Origin: Malacoraja senta
Lineage: Eukaryota
Assembly (NCBI GenBank): GCA_038087875.1
Contig: CM075978.1
Coordinates: 169,260,001 to 169,324,000, forward strand
Reading direction: 5' to 3'
Length of the DNA stretch: 64,000 nucleotides
A program made the translations under genes and the position numbers. A model generated the notes under the pieces. It did no database searches. It saw only the letters and a list, made by a program, of their open reading frames with translations, and was not told the origin of the DNA. Positions 39,469-48,998 of the stretch are shown here, in pieces (the stretch's first letter is position 1; each line of letters begins with the position of its first letter).

Positions 39469-42400
39469 TTTTATCTGCTCTACTATATGGTATGATATAT
39501 TTTCTGGATAAAGACACATGGAGAAGCTAATCCATTCGGATGATGGGGAAATCCAAATTAATCTATCATTCTATGCTGAGTGCTGATCGATCCGCTGAAC
39601 ATGTGGGGCATCTGTTTCAAATTTCTAACAGTTAAAATTATATATGTCTGTAACGCACCAAAAGCATTTGGTAAAAGCTCTGTCGTAGAAAAAATGCCAC
39701 AAATGTTGAAAGCGTTGGTAAAAAAAGGCAAGTTTTCAAAACGATTTAAAGGGGGGAGAGGCTGGGGAGGTGGGGTAGGGGAGAGAAAAGGGATTACAAG
39801 AGAATGTTAGCAGCTGAAGATACGGTGGTCAACGGTGGAGCCAGTACAATCAGGGATGGGCAGGAGATCAGAATCTAATGACATATACCGCAGAAAATCA
39901 GTGAGATAGGCCATATGGAAAGGTTTGAAGAGATGAAAATTTCTTCTTTGTAAATACCGTTTGTTCTTGGTAGCTAAGCAAATGTTAACGATATATTGAG
40001 GTGATTAACATTCTTTAGCTTCATTTTTTCTATTTTTCCAGTGTTTTTATTTAATGATAAAGCGTGGTTCTCTTAATTTTCACCCGATTGTATCCATCGT
40101 TGTGAGGCAGGACGGAAACTGATTTTTGACCTGGGCAAACCACCATCGTCGAATTAGATGCAGATATACATTTGTTTCTAATTATATTCACTTAGCAGTG
40201 ATAGTACCTTATCAGATGTGTTTACTTGAAGCCAAGTTCGGTTATGTCAGTGCACATTTCAACCAATGAAGGACCTGGTAGTGAGCCCTCTAGTGCTGTT
40301 TGACAGGATTACGCGGATTTAACGCAATCCCATCCCCCACATTACCTGCACACAATGTACACAAAACACACAGCGACATGGTATAGAGCCATATAGAAAC
40401 TGTTTTACTAGTTAAATGCAGCTTCAAATGAGCCACGGCGATTTATATTCGGCACATCCCCTGAAATCTCCCCAACAGCTCCAGAACCCCTTCTCCAAAT
40501 CACCGACCCCTATATCGTTACCCTGCGAAATATGAACAGGGAGGCTACATTTTGATATATGAATAAACTGGTTTGGGGGAAACGTCAAACATGAGTGGCC
40601 AATAATTCATAAGAATGTAGAAAGGCACATTGCTACTTCGTTTATTTTATGTGAACCACTGGAATATATTGATACTGGTCGAGCTTGTTTATAAGGCAAG
40701 TGGCAACTTTGCCAGTTTTGCAATTCAAAATTAAATTACCACTTAATATCAAGATGCTTATAACCGAAAATTGTTTACATCACATCTACATGTGGTTTCA
40801 ACTGTATTTGTAATTACATGTGCGCATCTGAATTATTTTTGCCGGATTTAGTTTCTGCCAAACGCCTATTTTGCTTAACTCCAATTTACAACAGTTGCCT
40901 TAAGAATGTTCGTCGGTCAATTCTTATACTGTAAGAATTAGAGCAGCCAGTAGTGCTGATCCCTACAGTACAGTATCTCCAACCCTTAATCATTAAATTA
41001 CAGGGAATTATCGTAATCTTAAGTTTAAGAACAATACGCATTATGTTGATCACCGGACTTCAATTTACTAAACCTCTTCGTTTCAAGAAATATTGATTTG
41101 AAAAAAAAAATACAATTGTCTTGAATTTTAGACTTGAAAAACGGCCTGTGGTATAGATAAACCGCGCAGAGATCGCCCAAGACTATCATACTTCACTTAA
41201 TATGTGAAAAATAATCTATTTTGCTGCAGTATACGATGTAGTATTTCATAATATTAGGTATGCATTCAGCTAAACGGTCAGAACACTGGAGAGATATTCC
41301 TATCTTGTGTTACCAAAACCACCTCGGCATGGTTAAGGATGTGAGTTCTAATAATATTTCCAAATAGGTGTCTGTAACATAATGCTCCCATCTAAAATAT
41401 AATTAATAATGATTAATAATATTAAATATTATTGATTTATATTTACTTGCAGGTAACAAAATATTTGACAGAAAGTGACCTGGTGGATCATGTTCACCCG
41501 TAATAACCTTTTGATTAAGAGAAAATTAGAACATATTTTCATCTACTATAGATCTGATTTAATCGAATTAGATCAGAAATGTTATTTGAATCTGTTTGCT
41601 TGTGTTACCGCCGAGACAGGCGCAAGTATCCTGGGATCGGTATGTACACGCAGGTTAATTTAATTGCAGAATTGCAATTTCCAATCATTAGGCTGTATCG
41701 ACCAAGCAAATATGGACCATAAAATATATAAAATATATAAAATATTAAATATGTTTTCTATATGTAAATATAGAAGAACATATTAAATAAATATAGAAGA
41801 TGGAACATGGGCCCAATAGAGTATAAACGAGGGCAGTGTACATTCTCTTACACACTGCACACACAGCAAGCCTCCACGGTTGAGATTTTTCAAATGCTAT
41901 AACAGTAATTTGCGCATTTTCCGTGTTTATTTGTCACTGAAAAGGTGTCAACTAATACCAATCAAAGTGCCCGTCTTATAACAAAGGATGGCTGGAACCT
42001 TTAAGCAATGATATTGTCGCAACTACCGTTCGATGCAATTTGCATTTCTGATACAAAAAAACTACACACGGTTTTATCTTGAGTAACGTGCCCTTGTTTG
42101 CTTTAAATCAGACTCGAATTGGACATTCTGTTTAAAAACTAACGATGCAAGTATTAAAAATACATAATTGAACTGTGGAGAAGGCTATAAATTTCCTCTA
42201 CTATATCGTTGTCACATATTTCACTGGAATAACGTCATGGAAAATCTGTGCCTTTAGTTAAGAGCCAGCCGAAATGGATCGAGATAGGGACGCCACGAAA
42301 ATAATTGATATCTTCTGGTTCAAAAAAGATTTATCACTTTAATAAATATTGGGCTCTGTTAAAGTATTTACATTGAAAAATTACACCCCTGCTTTTCTAA

Positions 42401-43253
42401 TTGGAGCTTGTGTAAAAAAAAGTTGGCTTCTCTCATGAAGTTAAGGTTCTGTCCAGGGCTCCATGTTACTGAATTCTCATTCAAGCCACAAAACCGAAGA
42501 CAATGTAGCATATTACAATTCAGTGTTCATCTGCAATGAAAGGGTACTCGATGAGACTCGAGTTTGTTATAAACATTCCTTGGCAAAACCCACTCATTTT
42601 ATTGCCATCTAGTTCATTTCGAAGCATTTTGTTTTTTAATCCCTGCAGTTTAAGTAACCGGATGCATCCGCTTTTTAAAGTTTGATGTGGAGTTTTTAGG
42701 CCCTCTGGCCCAGATTAGACTATAATTTAAAAAGGCAGTATTGGTAGCGTTCTTCAAGTATGAGCCTTTTCAAACCCCTGCACTAAGTATAATAATAATA
42801 TCCCTTCTAACAAATATTGTAGCATAATTTTAAATTATGTTAGTGTTTAAGTACGTTACCCCCCCTCAACACATCCTTGATATTACTTTTCGTAAACAAA
42901 GATGTAGTTGCTTTGCTCCACGCCAACTTAAACCTTGACTCTCTCGTGTCATAAATTCCAGTTAAGGGAATATCAAATGGCATCAGGATTTCCATCCAGC
43001 ATCCGAATTCATTTCGACAATCCTCTGGTGTTATTCTATAACTACATTCTACACTGGCTAAATTGTAAGTTTACTATGCTCTTCCAATAGTTATTCAATG
43101 CTGAATTGTTCGTAACATTTGCACAACAATAAAGGGAGTCGTTATGCGTTGGTATTTATAGTAAGGCCCGGAGCAAGTTTTGTCTTCTGCTTTATGGATC
43201 TCTTTCCTTACTATATTGCTCATACATCAGTGGGATTTAGAGATGGATAAAAC

Positions 43254-43662
43254 NNNNNNNNNNNNNNNNNNNNNNNNNNNNNNNNNNNNNNNNNNNNNNN
43301 NNNNNNNNNNNNNNNNNNNNNNNNNNNNNNNNNNNNNNNNNNNNNNNNNNNNNNNNNNNNNNNNNNNNNNNNNNNNNNNNNNNNNNNNNNNNNNNNNNNN
43401 NNNNNNNNNNNNNNNNNNNNNNNNNNNNNNNNNNNNNNNNNNNNNNNNNNNNNNNNNNNNNNNNNNNNNNNNNNNNNNNNNNNNNNNNNNNNNNNCACGG
43501 GANNNNNNNNNNNNNNNNNNNNNNNNNNNNNNNNNNNNNNNNNNNNNNNNNNNNNNNNNNNNNNNNNNNNNNNNNNNNNNNNNNNNNNNNNNNNNNNNNN
43601 NNNNNNNNNNNNNNNNNNNNNNNNNNNNNNNNNNNNNNNNNNNNNNNNNNNNNNNNNNNNNN
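43254..43662. other. Assembly gap (N run with a 7-nt island)
   Basis: Ns in the sequence. Confidence 0.99.
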
Positions 43663-43899
43663 CACGGGAATAAACTAAATAATTTATATATATATATATA
43701 TATTCAGTTTTTCCCGCGCCCACGAATCCCGCTTTATATACATATATAGATAATATTTCGCTTAGTTTATTCAGGTGTATAAAGCGGGGATTCGTGGGAA
43801 AACTGAATCAACTCTACATTCCAGCATTTGATGTCAATTTTTCTCAGGTTGAACTGTCATTGTGTGGCCATTTAAGTAGACACTATATTACTCTGTCAC

Positions 43900-44310
43900 C
43901 ACCTTAGGGTAAGGGAGGGAGGGAGGGTGTATTTTATTAACAGCCGATTAATTTACTCCTCTACTACCCCCTCGGACTGTGACTAATTGCAGTGGTTATC
44001 CAGAAATGTTGTTGAAATAATTGAACGTCTTTTATAAAAAGGCTCAAGAACGCTTCCAAAAGTTAAAAGCGATTGGGCGTTGGGGGGTGGTGGTGGCGTG
44101 GGCGGTTGAGGGGGTGCTTGGGGGCGGCTGGTGTTAATTAAATGAAGGGAGTGGACGGGGCACACGCTTGCCTTAACTCCAGGCGTGGGTGGTCTCGGCT
44201 TGCGTCCCACCTCAGCCCAGAGCGCTGATAAATACCGAACGCCGGCGAACAGGGTCACTGATTGCACAGCCTGTTTACAATAACTTAACCCCAAACCTGG
44301 GCTACGTGCG
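43900..44310. promoter_or_regulatory. Candidate Hedgehog-responsive enhancer upstream of FOXF1
   Basis: Perfect GLI consensus TGGGTGGTC 44186-44194, GATA TGATAA 44226-44231, forkhead TGTTTAC 44272-44278, in a GC/CpG-rich non-repeat block. Confidence 0.55.
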
Positions 44311-44434
44311 GCATCATTCCTCTTTTATTAATCTTATTTGTACCTCGCATACAATCCACACCACTCTGTCGAATCTGATTTTGATCTGTTATTTTAAAGC
44401 TGCTTATTAGTAGGGAGGTTACGCGGAATACATA

Positions 44435-44602
44435 CTGTGTGTTTGCATGCAGACACACACACGTGTGTGTATGTGTGTGTATATACATATATTATATATA
44501 TGTGTGTGTATTTGTGCATATGTGTGTGTGTACGCGTGTATATATGCGTTAGATATATATGTATATCATGTAATGCACATATAGGTACACACACATACAC
44601 GT
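44435..44602. repeat. Compound (CA/TG/TA)n microsatellite
   Basis: Alternating purine-pyrimidine tract. Confidence 0.9.
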
Positions 44603-45130
44603 GGCAATAAACTAAACTAAACTAAATTATATAGCATAAGAAATTATTTGAAGGATATCATTGATGTACATTTCATTGCCACGATAATTAACACAGCCAT
44701 TGAGATTTTGCACATAAAATTGATTCTTTCTTGTTACAATTATTTGATTTATAATCAATAGTCCTTTTTTAATCTTAGTTTAATTTTTTCATTTTTGTGT
44801 TTGGTACCAACCAATGTCACTGAATCTTTTCACTTCAACTTACTTAGAACTGGGTTGTGAAGATTAATCTAATCCCCGTCACCGTGCTCACAAAATATTA
44901 CGGTTCGAGTTAGTTTCCGCTTTATTCCCCAGCAGAGTAAAAATACATTGTTTTGTTTTATATATCCAATCTGTTTTATTGTAATCGATCTCAGAAAGGT
45001 TGTGCGCAATAACTAATCGGATGTATTATATCGCGAAACACATAAAAAAAGATTCTTGCGAAGCATAGCGACAGGACAAAACCTTATTCAATATAAATAT
45101 GAGAGAAATTGACAGTCATACCAATACGCT

Positions 45131-45263
45131 AAAGGGTCTCGACCCGAAACTTCGCCTATTCCTTTTTTCCAGTGATGCTGCCTGGCACGCTGAGTTCCTT
45201 CAGTACTTTGTGTCTTTTTGTGTCTATCTTTGCTTTAAACCAGCATCTGCAGTTTATTCCTAC
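45131..45263 (+). mobile_element. pLTR-derived element with possible 9-bp TSD
   Basis: aagggtctcgacccgaaac...; ACCAATACG 45120-45128 / ACCAATGCG 45264-45272. Confidence 0.75.
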
Positions 45264-47364
45264 ACCAATGCGTCGTTCTTTTGTTCAACCATTCACTTAT
45301 GCTATATCTGTCTTCAGCATTTGATTTATTGAAACATATAATTACATTATTGTATTTTGCGTTTATATTTTAATTTAATGATATCTATGGACTGGAAGTG
45401 CACTTTGCCATCAGTACGGGCAATAAAACCTTACCAGTTTACTTGTCTGGTGTTCGTTCCTCGTTTACGGGTAAGAAATTACTTTTAGCAATGTTGCTAA
45501 TATAGTCCTTGGCTGCGGGCAGGTGGATCAAGCGTGCGAATATTACCAAGGAAAAAAAGCATTTAAGGACGTGGGTAGAAGAATGCGCTGGTATACACTC
45601 TATCATAACAATGAAATTAAATTTAAAACTAGAATACACCGCAAGACTCCCTGGCAATACCTCATTCAATAATTTGCCTTAAGTATTAACAAAAACATTT
45701 GTAAATTGTTTAGGCAAATATGCCACTCGAATGCACCTATATTTATAACGTTCCAATTTGTCTTATTCACTTGAAGCACAGCTCTGAGTTTATGAGCTTG
45801 ATCCACTTTTAGATTATTGAAGAGTCCCACAAGATTCCTAGCCTCATATTCTGACCACCATTGGGTGCAAAACAATGGGTTTATTGCTGTTATTGTTTTA
45901 AGTGTTCGTGGTCGGCTTTGAAATAGGCACGAAAACTGTTCGCCACGTTGTGTTTAATTTTTATCAAAGTTATTTTTGACTAAAGTTTACTGGCGTAAGT
46001 TGATACATACGACAAGTTGATACTCACAACGATGTTATTGGTTGCTCTCGTCTAATCGGGACTCGACAACTGGCCTGCATTGTCATGTTTTAAAATTCCA
46101 ATAGTATTACTTTTAACGTGCATTCTCCAAACTGCCCCATAACTCTGATTAAAACGTTAGGAATATAAATGTTCACACATTTGCTACGTTCCATGTCCTC
46201 GTATCCGACCTTTAACAGTCTAGCTGTTTGCAAACATGTTTCGATTGTGTAAATATCAAGTCTCTGACACTTCGACAAAACCTATCCTCACTGGAAACAA
46301 AACAAAATAAATAGATTGCAGAATCCAACTTCTCCAAGGAAAATCATCTTTGGTATAAATACATTTGACATACATATAAATTGAGCAAAAATCCCACGAT
46401 CTTACCGAAGGGAGTATTTTTCAGAGAAACAGGCGCCGTCTGCGTTTACCGAATGCTTTTGTAGTTCATCTTTATAAAACATGGCAACTAACTAACGATA
46501 AGAATGGCACTTTCTAAATCAAATCAAAGCACGGGTTTCTCACACTTGCCTTCTAATCGTGTAAACGCTTTCATTTTCACTTGAAAGGCTTGCAAACAAA
46601 ATATTTGTGATGTCCCTTACCTTGGATAATGTTAGAGGGGATGCGACACATTATTGCAAACGATGCCAGGCGCCGAGGCTGCTCGTTCGTGTCGCTGTGT
46701 TTTTTTCTGTCTTTTGCAGTGACAGTACGTGTGTGTGTGTGTGGCACACTGCAAGGCCAGCACTTGGCACAACCCAGCATGTACTGACTTATTTATATAT
46801 AAATACATACATAAAGAGAATATCTAAACAGTCAGGCGTGAAGCTACAAAGAACATTTTATAAGTTACAGAAAGGAAACAGTATTAGATGGGATTTCACT
46901 CAATTTTCTTTAAAGGAGCAGATTGCAGATGTTTACATTGTTTTTGTATAAACATCCTGTACATGTTCCTGTCTATTAAACTCCAGCTTTCATAAGGAGA
47001 GAGCTTTTCTAATTCCCATTTTCAGTATTAGAAATTCCAACACCAATATGTCATGAACGATTTCTCATAAAAGATAACTGTATTCCAAAAGGACAAACAT
47101 AATTTTGCAAGTAAGCACAAATAATTATACATACATGTACATTTTTGTCATCGTTTTTTTCTGTATCCTTACTTTGCTACATTCTCCAACGTCCACTTTT
47201 ATTCCGAGATTTTTTAATGAGGTAATTTTTAAAAAGTGTTTAAAAAATAATTTGTATAATGATGTGGGTAATTTTAATTTGAGATCTTGATCACGCGGTG
47301 CAAATGGATTTTATTCTATTTTCTTGATGAATTAGCTGCATTTCATTTATATTCGTCTATCCAT

Positions 47365-47415
47365 CTCTCTCGCTCTCTCTCTCTCCCTCCCTCCCTCCCT
47401 CCCTCCCTCTCTCCC
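47365..47415. repeat. (CT)n/(CCCT)n tract
   Basis: Directly visible. Confidence 0.9.
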
Positions 47416-47429
47416 TTGCTCAGAGAGGA

Positions 47430-48016
47430 AAAGAGAGGGGGACGGTCAGCCTAACAGATTGATTTCTTCCCTCACCCCACCCACCCCCAATAAAAAGCTG
47501 GTTCGGACTACGTAGAAAAGTTCAGATACCACATCAAATAGTTAATGAAGGCGGGTTGTTCATTCACTTTAACAGCCCACCAGTCCTGACCGAGGTGGGA
47601 GGGGGGTCGGGGCGGGGAGTTTCTGGTTCCTTACGTCTTGACAGCCGAGAGGTTCGAAACGCTGATGACAAGAGATAAGTGAACGCGATCCCTTTGGCGT
47701 GGCAGATCCCAGAACAACTGCGATGAAAAGCTACTCCACATCTCGGCGACCTTTGCAAAGGGCTTCAGAACCAAAGAAATAACTCTGCCCGGAGAAGGGC
47801 TCCCTCCTTCGCGCTGTTAACAACTGCCTCGATATTACTTTTCTTTTTTTCTTTTTTTTTGGGTGTGGGGGAATCAGGATTATTTTCCGAGCAAAAGGAA
47901 AGTTTTATTTAAGGGGAGAGAAAAAAAGCTTGAAGGTTTGGAAATAACTTGGCGGAGACGAGACTTTTTGGCGGATTTCGGTTTCAAGTGACTTCCTTGC
48001 TGAGAATTGTTCTTAA
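47430..48016 (+). promoter_or_regulatory. FOXF1 proximal promoter / 5' UTR
   Basis: CACCC boxes ~47473-47488, CCAAT 47487-47491, GC box GGGGCGGGG 47609-47617, AGATAA 47673-47678; CpG-rich; TSS not determinable. Confidence 0.6.
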
Positions 48017-48998
48017 ATGACGGCCGAGGTTCAGCAGCCGCCGGCTCACAGCGCGGCCCAGAGCAGTTCCATGTCTACGGGGATCGAGAAGCCCAACAAT
48101 CAGAGCTCTGTGATGGAATCAGCCACCTCCACCACCAAAACTAAGAAAACAAACGCTGGCATACGGCGCCCGGAGAAGCCTCCGTACTCGTACATTGCCC
48201 TGATTGTTATGGCCATTCAGAGCGCACCGACCAAGCGGTTGACGCTGAGCGAAATCTATCAGTTCCTGCAAAGCAGATTCCCTTTTTTCCGAGGCTCCTA
48301 CCAAGGCTGGAAGAACTCGGTGCGTCACAACCTCTCCTTGAATGAGTGCTTCATCAAACTGCCCAAGGGTCTAGGCAGACCGGGCAAAGGGCATTACTGG
48401 ACCATTGACCCTGCCAGCGAGTTCATGTTTGAGGAGGGCTCTTTCAGGCGGAGACCGAGGGGCTTTCGCAGGAAGTGCCAAGCTCTGAAACCCATGTACA
48501 GCATGGTGAACGGATTGGGGTTCAACCACATCCCAGAGACGTACAACTTCCAGGGGTCTAGAGGACCCATCTCGTGTGCTCCAAACGGACTCTCGCTAGA
48601 TGGTAGTATTAGCATGATGAATGGACATTTGCCAAGCAACGTGGACGGGATGAGTTTATCGGGACATTCTGTCTCCCACCTCTCCTCCAACAATGGTCAT
48701 TATATGGGAAGTTGTACGGGATCTTCCGTGGGAGACTACCCCAACCACGCCGACAGCTCAGTGTCCGCGTCTCCTTTGCTGCCCGGCGGCGGAGTGATGG
48801 ACACGCACTCCATGTACACTACCGCGGCATCAGCCTGGGCTCCTTCAGCATCCGCGCTCAACAACGGACCTTCTTATATCAAACAGCAGCCCCTCTCACC
48901 TTGCAACCCGTCGGCGAATCTAACTTCAAACCTGCAGGCGCACTCTCTAGACCAGTCCTATTTACATCAGAATAGCCACAACGCTGCAGATATACAAG
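48017..48998 (+). CDS. FOXF1: Forkhead box protein F1, coding exon 1
   Basis: MTAEVQQP start; [26 protein letters not shown]...[17 protein letters not shown] forkhead domain of the F class; [10 protein letters not shown] motif; phase-1 donor AAG|GTACAC at 48998/48999. Confidence 0.97.

Noticed and set aside
43180-43749. Long ORFs spanning N runs (also 62510-63076)
   Set aside because: Artefacts of assembly gaps
47723-47782. 19-codon upstream ORF (MKSYSTSRRPLQRASEPKK)
   Set aside because: The TSS is unknown, so it may not be in the mRNA; short ORFs of this size are expected by chance
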